Virus record (IMG/VR): IMGVR_UViG_3300013119_000728
Span: 1 to 60,232 of that record
DNA: 60,232 nt
Source: a virus
Lineage: Duplodnaviria > Caudoviricetes
Direction: 5' to 3' (one strand)
Shown here: piece by piece, positions 48,596 to 58,978 of the stretch
Layout: each line of letters opens with the position of its first letter
How positions within the stretch are numbered: position 1 is the first letter of the stretch
Translations under genes and position numbers: made by a program
The notes under the pieces: generated by a model
Told to the model about the DNA's origin: nothing
What the model saw: only the letters and a program-made list of their open reading frames with translations
The model's database searches: none

Positions 48596-49210
48596 ATGAT
48601 CAAGCTCCTCGGCAATATTCCGCGAAAGTGCTACATCGCACTCAGTGGCGGCCCAGATTCAATGGCATTGTTGGACTTCTTGTCGAGGTCAAAGCGGGAG
48701 ATCGTTCTTTTGCACTTCGATCACGGGACAGTGCATGGTCATGAAGCAAGATATCATGTCATGCAACAGGCAATCAAATACGGATATAAGCCTGAGATTG
48801 GTAGCGTCACCCGAGAACGTGATGTCAACGAGTCAATGGAAGAATACTGGCGTAACGAACGATACAAGTTCTTCGACCAGTTCAAAGATGCACCAATCTT
48901 GACAGGACACAATCTCTCAGATGCAGTCGAATGGTGGGTCTTCTCGTCACTTCACGGCGAGAGCAAGCTAATTCCATATCGACGTGATAATGTGATCCGA
49001 CCTCTGCTTCTTACACCTAAGAAAGAGTTGCAGAAGTGGTGCCAGGATCACGACGTTGACTTCTGCATTGATCCGGGAAACCAAGACGATAGTTATATGA
49101 GGACAATCATTCGCCATCAAATATTGCCTCTGGCGGAGAGAGTAAATCCGGGAATTGAGAAGGTTGTCAAGAAAAAATTGATCAAAGCACACGGGGAAAA
49201 TGGAAAATGA
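48596..49210 (+). CDS. tilS: tRNA(Ile)-lysidine synthetase, catalytic domain only
   Basis: ALSGGPDSMALL, HFDHG, RNERY, TGHNLSDAVE, IRPLL, DPGN, R.IIRH.ILP. Confidence 0.88.
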   Translation: MIKLLGNIPRKCYIALSGGPDSMALLDFLSRSKREIVLLHFDHGTVHGHEARYHVMQQAIKYGYKPEIGSVTRERDVNESMEEYWRNERYKFFDQFKDAPILTGHNLSDAVEWWVFSSLHGESKLIPYRRDNVIRPLLLTPKKELQKWCQDHDVDFCIDPGNQDDSYMRTIIRHQILPLAERVNPGIEKVVKKKLIKAHGENGK

Positions 49211-50211
49211 CAAATGAGATTATATTTGATTTAGTGTCTGATCTAACACCTTTTGTGGGATCGTTGTTCTTATTTTATTATTATGCTAACTCTACTAGCA
49301 GGATTCTTGATCGGATTGAGGCACAACTAGAGTTTTCAAATCGTGCGATTGAGACGCTTCGATATCATGCTAGAAACACTGCGGAGGGTGTTAACTTGGT
49401 ACGTCACGAAAGTGCAGAAAACATTGCTGACGCGACTAGACAAATTGAGGCGCAGCTAGCACGTTCAAATCAGTTGTTCGAGGGATTACGATATCAAGTC
49501 AAAGATATCGAAGAGTGCGTCGCCAGCATTCGCGATCGGGAAGAAGGGTTGCAGTGATGCTTAACAAGAAATTCAAACTGTCATGCCGAGGATATAAGCA
49601 CTATCTGATTCCGCGATATTTTTACTTTGGGCGAGGACCGAGAAGCTTATGGAAAAAATGTGTAACTTCCAGGAAGTAGATTATAATAATCACATAAGGA
49701 GATAACAATGTTTTTCGTTATTGATGCAAATACGTCTGAGGTTCTTGATGGCTTTGTAAGTTACGATGAAGCTGCTACATTTATTGATACTAACGGATAC
49801 TTTGAGATCCTAGGGCCAAGCGATATTGATGCTGACAAGACTGCTATTTATGCTGATACTGGAGAAGAACAATGATTAGATTTATCAAGTTTAGTAAAGA
49901 CGTAACAGACCTAGATGATGATTTCTATGTTAATCCAAACAACGTCTTGGGCGTTAAACAATTCCCGAATCCAGATAGGTGCGAAATTTATATGATTAGT
50001 GATGTTGTGTATCATAAAAACAGGATTTCTGTAGACATGTCTGCAAAAAGAGTATTAACCTTGCTCCAAATTGGGTCTGATCCGGATATTGATAATTAAT
50101 TTGTGTAAATATCGAAAGAGCAGGTTATAATAACTACATAATCAAGGATACAGGAAGACATAATCCTGCTTTTGTTAGAAAGGAATTTGATAAATTCGTT
50201 GAGCACATTGG

Positions 50212-50289
50212 GGACCTCTATCATAATCTGGTTAATGAACCCGCCTCATAAGCGTGCCTATGTAGGTTCGAGTCCTACGGGGTCTACCA
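50212..50289 (+). tRNA. tRNA-Ile2(CAT), lysidine type
   Basis: Loop CTCATAA; acceptor GGACCTC with C4:G69 and C5:G68; no initiator features. Confidence 0.8.
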
Positions 50290-50328
50290 AGAAGTTAGCT
50301 GATCTTCTTGATTCAAAATCAGCCTTAA

Positions 50329-50405
<77 letters not shown>

Positions 50406-50411
50406 AGTGGG

Positions 50412-50493
50412 GAGTGCAGGGCAGAAAGATAGCTGGTAAGGCTTGCGAGCAATAAAGCTATCTTGTGTTTGCGTAAGCGTTTAGGCTGCACTT
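50412..50493 (+). ncRNA. candidate structured RNA between two tRNAs
   Basis: GAGTGCAG/CTGCACTT and AAGATAGCT/AGCTATCTT helices plus hairpins. Confidence 0.45.
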
Positions 50494-50522
50494 AGATGAG
50501 GAAGATGGGAACCTTGTCGTCT

Positions 50523-50604
50523 GGTCGGGTGGTGGAATTGGTAGACACGCTAGATTTAGGTTCTAGTGCCTTAAGGTGTGAGAGTTCGAGTCTCTCCCCG
50601 ACTA
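50523..50604 (+). tRNA. tRNA-Leu(TAG)
   Basis: GGTGGAATTGGTAGACAC D-arm, loop TTTAGGT, variable arm; CCA not encoded. Confidence 0.9.
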
Positions 50605-50951
50605 CAAAATAAACGGGTTGAATCAGGTCACTTTGCTATATTTACAAACGTGGTTTGATGTACGCGGAGGAGAAAGGTTTGGCTTCCTTTAAGCATGATA
50701 TAAAAAGTCTTCGTCAGCGCCCCCGTCACGCCACACTTTCATTGGAGGAATGCAGATGATTAAGTCTAAGATCACAATGAATGACCTAGAAAAAACCATA
50801 AAAGCATATCGGGATATGGCAGACGAAGCCAAGTCTGCCGGCAATAACCTTGCCAGCTGCCAGTGCATAGCAATTGCTGATGAGTTGGCAAAATGTGCAA
50901 AATACACCCACGATTATTATAATAGTGATGCAAATAGCGACGGAGTCAACG

Positions 50952-51776
50952 ATGAGAACACTCAAGGAAATCGAAGTTGAGTCTGGAAAGATTAGAACAA
51001 ACCTGTCAGACATCCTAATCAAGATTCAAAAAGATGCAGCTGATAATTTTAATTCCTCTGGTGGGTGTAATCGATGTCGTGGTCGTGGGTGGGTCGTAAC
51101 CTGGGACACGATGGATTACGTTCTCGGCGATGCAGCCGAGTTTGGCGCATGTCCATCACCGGGTTGCACGGATGAAACCCGACAAGCTTCTGGGATCAGT
51201 CCAGTCAATACAAAATATGATCTTCGTCACGGAACTACTTGGACCGCGGAGACGTCAGCAACTAAGTTCGATATTGCACGAATCAATCGACTTAAAACCC
51301 GACAACAAGAGTTGGACCTAGAACACTTCGAAGCATACGAGTTCAACAACCCGACGCGTGGCAAGCTGGTCGAGGTCGTAAAGAAATCTCGGTCTCGTAA
51401 CTCGGCCGAAGTCGGACTCGTTGGGAAAATCATTTGGACTGGAGTTAATTCTTACGGCACCCCCAAAGTCGGGATCCTCGACAAAGACGGAAACAAGCAC
51501 TGGACCACCAACGCTGCGATCAAAGTCCTTGCTGTCGACGCAGGGAAGGACTATCAAGAGAAGCATGACGATCAATACCCACTTCTTTGCAAAGTCGAGA
51601 AAGTCCGGGATAACTCGCTATTCGTGCATGGAATGAATGACAAGCATGGCACGTGGCTTCCGAAGTCACAGATTCTGAATATGGATCAAGTTAGCGAGCA
51701 GCTAGAGAATGGAAAAACAATCACAGCAATGTTACCTGTCTGGCTTGCGAAGAAAAAAGGTTACTTGAAATCGTAG
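50952..51776 (+). CDS. hypothetical protein with CxxC finger and SH3-like domain
   Basis: CNRCRGRG; RGKLVEVVK...VGKIIW; GGAG RBS before ATG 50952. Confidence 0.6.
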   Translation: MRTLKEIEVESGKIRTNLSDILIKIQKDAADNFNSSGGCNRCRGRGWVVTWDTMDYVLGDAAEFGACPSPGCTDETRQASGISPVNTKYDLRHGTTWTAETSATKFDIARINRLKTRQQELDLEHFEAYEFNNPTRGKLVEVVKKSRSRNSAEVGLVGKIIWTGVNSYGTPKVGILDKDGNKHWTTNAAIKVLAVDAGKDYQEKHDDQYPLLCKVEKVRDNSLFVHGMNDKHGTWLPKSQILNMDQVSEQLENGKTITAMLPVWLAKKKGYLKS

Positions 51777-52319
51777 GTTTGTGCAGCAACTATCGGAAAT
51801 GATTGGTTTGCTATTCACTGGCAAGATGGTGTTGTAAGTATTAATCGGGAATGCAAGCAAGATGTTTGAAATTGTCACTACATTAATACGACTAGCCATT
51901 GTAGCCGTATCTGTATATGGAATTTTTTGGCTATATACAAGTCCAATCAACCGGGGCGAGTGGTTTCTTAAGCTGCTAGGTACATGCTTCTATCTGTGGA
52001 TGATTTATTCCTTAGGGATATCTGCTACATTTCGGCAGTATCATCGACACTTTAGCGACTTGAGCTGGGAGGAGACAACTTGTTGCGTTGAGGAATATTG
52101 TGGTGAAGATCGGCACGGATCGCTGCGTTGTGAATGTGCAGAGGAAGTTGAATGCTTGCAAGAAGCTGTTATGGTAAAAGAGCTATATTGCTTTAGTATT
52201 TTAAAAGCTGACTGCCACTGGCTTGATAAGCCCTTGTTTGTCGGTACTGGTCAGGCCAAAGAGATACCGGGTACAAATTCACATAAAAGAATGACAAGGT
52301 TGGGATATGAGGTGGTTCA

Positions 52320-52616
52320 ATGACTAACTTTACTTACAAGCTCCCGCGAAAACCGATCACCTGCAAAGACGGATTCAAGATCAGCGTCCAAGCGGGTCAA
52401 ACAATGTACTCAGATCCCAAAAATGACGAAGGACCATATACCCACGTTGAATGTGGGTTCCCATCAGAGGCTGAGATCTTGTTGATCCCGTTTGCTGAAT
52501 CGTGTGAATCGCTAACTAAATCTGTATACCCTTATGTACCATCCGCGGTAATTGATAAAGTGATCAGGTTACACGGCGGCGTGGCTTCAGGTGAACTTCC
52601 CGAGCTAATTGTGTAA
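52320..52616 (+). CDS. phage hypothetical protein
   Basis: ITCKDGFKISVQA...VECGFPS...VYPYVP. Confidence 0.7.
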   Translation: MTNFTYKLPRKPITCKDGFKISVQAGQTMYSDPKNDEGPYTHVECGFPSEAEILLIPFAESCESLTKSVYPYVPSAVIDKVIRLHGGVASGELPELIV

Positions 52617-52673
52617 AACTCCGAGAACGCTTTATAATAAAGGCGTAATCAATCAAGGTTCAAGGAGATCACA

Positions 52674-52985
52674 ATGGCTTTTGTAGCAGATTCAACCATC
52701 GACGTCAACGGTATGTCGCTTCAAGGCTATGTTAAACACGCCTCGATGCAAGCAATTCTGGATAAGTTTCCAGAAGGTCGCCTAGAAGGATATAACGATC
52801 CGGAACGCGGATATGATATGGACGAAGTTCTTTTCAAAGACACTGTTACGGGTCATACGTTCTATGTTTATGATCGATGGGGATCGGTAAGGATCGGAGC
52901 TAGATCAACAGTTCCTCAGTCTGCGGTAAAGAACCTCGAGCTATTCATTCAGGCTTCATTGCCAAAACTTGGGAGGGTGTCGTAA
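52674..52985 (+). CDS. early hypothetical protein
   Basis: GMSLQGYV...FYVYDR; promoter 52611-52638. Confidence 0.6.
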   Translation: MAFVADSTIDVNGMSLQGYVKHASMQAILDKFPEGRLEGYNDPERGYDMDEVLFKDTVTGHTFYVYDRWGSVRIGARSTVPQSAVKNLELFIQASLPKLGRVS

Positions 52986-53296
52986 TGAGCGGCGGATTCT
53001 TTGAATACAAGCAATTTCAGATTCAACAAATCATTGAATCACTTGAAGATATCGTTGAGGGCCACACAAAATCTTCGCAGTTTATTCATGGTCAATGGGT
53101 CGACAATCTCCCAGAGATCGATGGATATTCAAAAGATACTAAAGATGAGTTTTTAAAAGGTCTTGAACTCTTGGAGAAAGCCCAAATCTATGCTCAGCGA
53201 ATCGACTGGCTTTTAAGCGGAGATGACGGCGAAGAATCATTCCATCGCCGGCTTCGACAGGACTTAGAAGAACTTAACGCGGAGGAACAATCATGA
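52985..53296 (+). CDS. phage hypothetical protein
   Basis: MSGGFFEY...RIDWLLSGDDGEESF. Confidence 0.7.
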   Translation: MSGGFFEYKQFQIQQIIESLEDIVEGHTKSSQFIHGQWVDNLPEIDGYSKDTKDEFLKGLELLEKAQIYAQRIDWLLSGDDGEESFHRRLRQDLEELNAEEQS

Positions 53297-54552
53297 TCTT
53301 GTCACTTATTCTTTTAATGGCACCTCCCGGGCTTTCCGTCGAGGATACTGATGTTCTCAATCAAAGCCACCCCGGATCAAAGATCACTTGCCCAGTATTC
53401 TATACCAATGCTGAGATCTTCGCTATGCACTCTGGCGAGATGCTCAGGGTCAAGCAGACAAGTGCTGGTCGGCTGATCAAGAAGATCCATTGTTACAAGA
53501 ACACAGTCATCCCTTTGACTAAGCGGTGCATTCAAGATGATCATTCTCCGAGGCTTTGCAAGCTTCGTGCTAGAAACTGGTGGAAGTATACGAGGAATGT
53601 GCAAACAGCTCTCCGCTAGGTTATAATAAATACACAACAACCAAGGGAGAGAAAAGATGTTAATCGGTATGGACGGTGAAGTTCGCAAGGAATACACACT
53701 CAGCATCACACGCCTGATGCGCAAGATCGATGAAGGCATTGACGAACTCGAGGATCACGACGCAGTTGACTTTGTCTCGCCCACAATCCGGGCAGCGCTG
53801 AGTATGCAACTTACACAGATGATCGACCAGCACTTCATTCAAGATCTTCTGCCTAGCGTCTACCTTGAGGATGATCCGCTTCGGGACAATTCTGTTATTG
53901 GTAGCTCCCCGATTACGAAAGAAGATCTGAACCTTTTTGCCTTCATGAGCGAGGAGGATTGCCCCGATGAGCTATAATAAAAGCACACATAGGTTCGAAG
54001 TATCATTCACATTCAAAGACAAATCCGGAGCTGATAGAACGGCTCACGCAATCTGGGATATTCTGTCTGACACTGCCGAAAATGCCGGGGTTGAAGTGAA
54101 GAATATGTTAGAAAACTATTGCGGGGGCGAGATAGTAAAGCGCATTAATGATTGACTACAAAAAACAAAAAGCAGTGATCATCCCCCAGTGGGTTCTAGA
54201 CATGATAATTGATCAGCTCGATATTCAGCTCGATTCTTTGCTTCAAGAATATGAATGGAATGCTAGAACGGGCGCAGAAATGAAAGAAATCACCAAAGAG
54301 GTGGGTCTCTACGAAGAAGCGCTAGCACAGCTTTCCAGTCAATGCTAAGCAATCCTTAAGGACATAAATCGGACAATCGCAGCGACCAACGCAGAACCTC
54401 TGGCAGCTGTTATAAACATGCTTCCCAGGATGTGTATAATATTTTGGGAGTTTAGAACAAATGATTCCGCCAGTGTTCAGTTTAGTAATTGCAAAAATGC
54501 ACGATCGCTTAGAAGAAGATCATCAAAAGCTTAATAAAAATCGAGGAAAATA

Positions 54553-55341
54553 ATGTCGTATACAGGATTTGTAGGGATCATGACGCAATATTGCTCTAAT
54601 TTAAAATCACCAACAGTTTTAGAAATCGGGGTAGATAAAGGGCAAACAACACTACCGCTAATTCATAATCTTATGCTTTATAATCCTGACTTTAAATATG
54701 TCGGCGTTGATATTCGAATGGATCACTTATTGATTGAGCAAATGGCGCAAATGAAGGGGATCAAGTCGATTGTAGCAAAATCTGATATTGACTCTTTGTC
54801 TAGCTATTTCTCTAATCCTTCGTGGGAGGATGACACTAGCTGGAACTCGATGTATATTGAGCAAAATAGTCTTGCATTTCTTCCAATGCTGGCAGAGTCC
54901 GGGGCCAAGTTTGATCTTGTCTTAATTGATGGAGATCATAACTACCCAACAGTCAAACAAGAACTTAAGTATCTGAAAGATATTACTCATCCTTCGAGCT
55001 TGGTAATTTGCGATGACTACAACAGCAAGAGACATTCCGGAAAAGATAGTTTCTATAGAGACACTGAATCTCACAAACATATCAAAGACAGCATTGATGT
55101 TATTCAAGCCGTTGATGGAAAATCTGGGGCGGATCAAGCCATCAATGAGTGGATTGAGCAAAACGAAGACTGGAATGTTAGTTTCACTGAAGACCTGGAA
55201 CCGGCGATTTTATCATCAAAATACTTGAAATACAGCATTGAAAACATGAATATGCTTTATAAAGCCATGGCAACGTTTGGCGTCACACCCGAAGGTGCAC
55301 ATAGATTCAAGATAGATAACGCACGTCGACAGATATCGTGA
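54553..55341 (+). CDS. class I SAM-dependent methyltransferase (Methyltransf_24-like)
   Basis: VLEIGVDKGQT, GVD, FDLVLIDGDHNY, ICDDY. Confidence 0.85.
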   Translation: MSYTGFVGIMTQYCSNLKSPTVLEIGVDKGQTTLPLIHNLMLYNPDFKYVGVDIRMDHLLIEQMAQMKGIKSIVAKSDIDSLSSYFSNPSWEDDTSWNSMYIEQNSLAFLPMLAESGAKFDLVLIDGDHNYPTVKQELKYLKDITHPSSLVICDDYNSKRHSGKDSFYRDTESHKHIKDSIDVIQAVDGKSGADQAINEWIEQNEDWNVSFTEDLEPAILSSKYLKYSIENMNMLYKAMATFGVTPEGAHRFKIDNARRQIS

Positions 55342-55678
55342 ATTCATCTTTCCGGGAAGTCATAACAGAAACAACATAACTAGTTAGTCTATAGAGTAGA
55401 GACGCTAAAGAGTCTAGATAGCGTAGTAGCCACCCGCGTGCTAAGTCTCATACTACCTCAGCGCTCTGATTGCTAGTCATATGCTGTATCTTGTGTATGT
55501 CAGCGTCTTCTCTGCGTGGCAGTGGATATTTGTCCCGCCCAGCTGGGTCATCGAGGGGCAGTGGATACGGGTCTACTGTTTATGGTAAATTCTGCGTCTG
55601 CTAGGATAGGGTGAAAAATGCTGGTGGTCGGTGAGGAGGCTGTAACTAGGGCCCCGCGCGCACCCTCCCGATATCTCG

Positions 55679-55726
55679 TTGTCTTAATTTGTCTCATATT
55701 GTCTAGCATTGTATCTAGATCTAGAT
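55679..55726. repeat. 10-bp-phased TTGTCT repeats and ATCTAGATCTAGAT palindrome
   Basis: TTGTCT at 55679, 55689 and 55699; TTGTAT at 55709. Confidence 0.7.
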
Positions 55727-55853
55727 TACAGTCTCAATTGAATTGCGTATAACATTATACATCTCTCATTCGTAGCGCTGATACTAGTCAGCTAGCATTT
55801 AAGCCAGTGCACGTTATTCATTTGGGCCGGGCGGGGTATAATAATATAGGTAG

Positions 55854-56015
55854 TTTTAGTCGACGCAGTTTTAGTCAACGAAAAGAAAAGCTCTGTCCCG
55901 GCGCAACTAAATTGTGGCGAGCATAGAGTTCAATTTTAGTCGACGATTAGGGCTAGCGATTTAAGCCAAGAAGGGCAGCACGGTCGATGACAGGCAGCAC
56001 TGATTTTAGTCGACG
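55854..56015 (+). repeat. four TTTTAGTCGACG direct repeats
   Basis: Copies at 55854, 55869 (one mismatch), 55934 and 56004. Confidence 0.85.
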
Positions 56016-56239
56016 CGTTTAAGCGAGGAAATTATGACAAAAAACCTTACATCAAAAGAAGTTGAATTAATTCTCAGAAACAGTGCGATCGGCCAGATAA
56101 TGCTGTATGATACAATTGAGATGCCGGTGGTCCACTACTATAAAAACGATAAAGACGAGTTGAGATTCATTACACTGTGGCGACATAATTGGGTGTAAAA
56201 TCTTCCGACTAAGTGTATAATGATATCATAGGAGATTAC

Positions 56240-56554
56240 ATGAGCTCACAAGATTCTATCACTTACTTCACAGTTATCGGACCGGGGTCGCGATCTCTCG
56301 CAAATTTTAGACTCGAGTCCGATGCACTCGAATTCAAAGAGCGTGTCGTCAATGCTCGGCTAGCTCAACTCGATCGGATCAAAGATCGACTCACTAGTGG
56401 TGAGCTCAGGGGCGAGCTTAACTTCAGGCGCAACGGCATTCGTATCGAGCAACAGACAATCGAGTTCATGTCCCAGAGCGAGTCACGCGATATCTCAGAC
56501 GAGAACTTGGTCGATGGCAGGTTCCTGATTCCAGTCGGCCGGCGCTCAATATGA
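56240..56554 (+). CDS. early hypothetical protein
   Basis: Promoter near 56193, AGGAG RBS. Confidence 0.6.
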   Translation: MSSQDSITYFTVIGPGSRSLANFRLESDALEFKERVVNARLAQLDRIKDRLTSGELRGELNFRRNGIRIEQQTIEFMSQSESRDISDENLVDGRFLIPVGRRSI

Positions 56555-56703
56555 TCCGGTAAACAATGTGCAATATTGGCGCTCGAGCTTATACTCTAAG
56601 GGAGAGGTGGGCGGGGTAGGTCATTGTTTGGCTAGCGGCCATGTGCAACTCTCGGCATGATGTATATAATAATATCACAACCGCCGGCTAAGGAGCCAAA
56701 ACA

Positions 56704-56922
56704 ATGGACTGCCACTACATCGACAAAGCTAATGGTCGCATCACCCTCTTCACGTTCAACTTCACTGATGAAGGCTTTAATCAGGTCTATGCCCGTGATG
56801 CAGAGGACGCATACGATATCGCAACCAGGGCCTTCGGTAGTAAACTCAAGGTTGACAAACGCACAATTCGCGAAGTCACCGACCGTGATGCATACTACAA
56901 CAACTTCCCACTGATGGATTGA
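56704..56922 (+). CDS. early hypothetical protein
   Basis: Promoter and CACAACC...AAGGAG leader. Confidence 0.65.
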   Translation: MDCHYIDKANGRITLFTFNFTDEGFNQVYARDAEDAYDIATRAFGSKLKVDKRTIREVTDRDAYYNNFPLMD

Positions 56923-57018
56923 TTGTGCAAATCCGGCAGAGCACTTTACAACTGCAAGTGTGCAGGTTGCCCAGCTAGCCGTATAATATAAACACAACCA
57001 CCGGCTAAGGAGCCAACC

Positions 57019-57366
57019 ATGTCTAATATCGATTCCCAACTTAATGATGCTATCCTCGATGCAGTCGGCCGCTATGCTGGTGAGATGCAAGACCGCTTTG
57101 ACACTGACGGCGATCCGAGCTTGACTAACCGCCCTCTCTGGAATGCTCAGGTTGCAGCTGCTACTAACATGCTTGAGAGCGAGCTCCGGCTTGAGATTGA
57201 GCAGGCTTTCCAACGTGTTAACGATTTGCTCGATGACGGTGACTTTATGGCTAGCGGCGAGGTTGTTATAACGCAGGCTTTTCTCCGGAAGCGGGAACTA
57301 GAGGCCAACACTCCCGGCATCGTCCCGCTTGAGGAATTGTGTAAAGTTCCCAACAACGTATTATAA
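57019..57366 (+). CDS. early protein, tandem paralog A
   Basis: MSNIDSQLNDAI...LESELRLEIEQAFQRVNDLLD. Confidence 0.7.
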   Translation: MSNIDSQLNDAILDAVGRYAGEMQDRFDTDGDPSLTNRPLWNAQVAAATNMLESELRLEIEQAFQRVNDLLDDGDFMASGEVVITQAFLRKRELEANTPGIVPLEELCKVPNNVL

Positions 57367-57394
57367 TAAATCTATACCAACCAAGGAGAACATA

Positions 57395-57715
57395 ATGTCT
57401 AATATCGATTCCCAACTTAATGATGCTATCCGATACGCAGCCCGCCGCTATGCTCGTGAGATGCAAGAACGCCTTAAAGCCAGCTTCGATCTGGGCTCGC
57501 GTGCCCACTTTCCCGGGATTGGTCAGGTTATAGCTGCTTCTAACATTCTTGAGAACGAGCTCCGGCTTAAGTTTGAACAAGACATGCTTGAGAACGAGCT
57601 CCGGCTTAAGTTTGAACAAGTCTTCCAGCGAGTTAACGATCTACTCGACAACGGTGACTTCATGGCCCACGTTGAGGTCAAGATACGTCAGGCTTGGCTC
57701 CGGGAGCGGAACTAA
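57395..57715 (+). CDS. early protein, tandem paralog B
   Basis: MSNIDSQLNDAI; internal 39-nt-period duplication. Confidence 0.7.
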   Translation: MSNIDSQLNDAIRYAARRYAREMQERLKASFDLGSRAHFPGIGQVIAASNILENELRLKFEQDMLENELRLKFEQVFQRVNDLLDNGDFMAHVEVKIRQAWLRERN

Positions 57716-57812
57716 GAGGCCGATACTTCCGTGCCCAACCTGAGTAATTGTGTAAAGTTCCCAACAACGTATTATAATAATCATATAACCCAATCAACCA
57801 AAGGAGTCCACC

Positions 57813-58034
57813 ATGACTAAGTTTATTCTCGATACTCAAAACGTTGCATCAAAATCTACTGAGGTTGATATTAATGTTGAAGGTGACACTGCGCTGATTC
57901 AGTTTGGACATAGCTTTACCCTTCGTCTTGATGAGCTCAATATCGATATTCTTCGTGATCAACTTTTCGATGCTTCCCGGGAACTTGCTCGAAGCCGTTG
58001 CAACAAGGATGTGTGGGCTCGCGATGCTAGTTAA
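57813..58034 (+). CDS. early hypothetical protein
   Basis: Promoter 57750-57778, AAGGAG RBS. Confidence 0.6.
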   Translation: MTKFILDTQNVASKSTEVDINVEGDTALIQFGHSFTLRLDELNIDILRDQLFDASRELARSRCNKDVWARDAS

Positions 58035-58272
58035 GAATGCGATTACCAAAGCGATCAAAGCTGGTATGGTACCAGACGTTCGGGAACGAATGATCGAGAT
58101 CACCAATCCAGTTAACGGTCAGCGTTGCAGTTGCCGTCGTCAACAACTTGATCCGAACGAAACTGTTGGTCAATGGAAGGTTCATGGCTCTCAACCAGAT
58201 CAACCTCAGTTCGACAACTTCTATTCAACCTATGTTGACAATCTTACACAAGCACTGAGGTTGATTAAATAA
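58024..58272 (+). CDS. early hypothetical protein
   Basis: MLVKNAITKA..., overlaps the upstream stop. Confidence 0.55.
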   Translation: MLVKNAITKAIKAGMVPDVRERMIEITNPVNGQRCSCRRQQLDPNETVGQWKVHGSQPDQPQFDNFYSTYVDNLTQALRLIK

Positions 58273-58298
58273 TACATTCTCTGTGAGTTACACAATCT

Positions 58299-58375
58299 GG
58301 GCTTGTATCTCAATTGGTTAGAGAACCCGCCTCATAAGCGGTTGGTTGAAAGTTCGAGTCTTTCCAGGCCTACCA
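58299..58375 (+). tRNA. tRNA-Ile2(CAT)-like, second copy
   Basis: Loop CTCATAA, Ile-like acceptor GGGCTTG, ACCA end. Confidence 0.8.
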
Positions 58376-58978
58376 AATAATGTGTAAAACGCAGAGAATG
58401 CTTTACAATATAATCACAACCACAACGCCGGGAGGCAATAATGACCTTTGCTATTTACAACACTAACACCGGCGAGATTCTTGATGAGATCGCTGACCCA
58501 CGGGATGCTTGGGATCGTATGATCGATATCGAAGAAGAGACCGGACAGGATTGTGCACTTCGTGAGATGGAGGAAAGCAAATGAGCAATAACCTACACAA
58601 GCTGATCGCTGGATGCAAGAGGCAAATCCAAGAAGTAGAGGAAGAGATCTGTTACGCTAGGATCTCTGGTGCAAAGACTGTGGATCTTGAGGATCACCGC
58701 CGTCAATTGTGCAACCGTCTAGCCGAGTTTGAAAAAAGGCTATTTGACTAATATTGTGTAATACACACAGAACATAATATAATAAACATAGAAAACCAAC
58801 ACAGGAAATATAAAATGACAAACGCTTTCATCGAAATGTACTTCGTAGCATGCAACGCAATCATCATCTACTATCTATATCAATTCAACAAGGATATCAG
58901 CGAATTCATCAATCATCGTGAGGTGCAAAACACCAAGAAGGACGTATAATATAATCACAACCAACCAAGGAGATATTA

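Noticed and set aside
55854-56015. TTTTAGTCGACG repeats as a CRISPR mini-array
   Set aside because: The repeats are only 12 bp, the spacing is irregular (15, 65 and 70 bp), and no cas genes are present.
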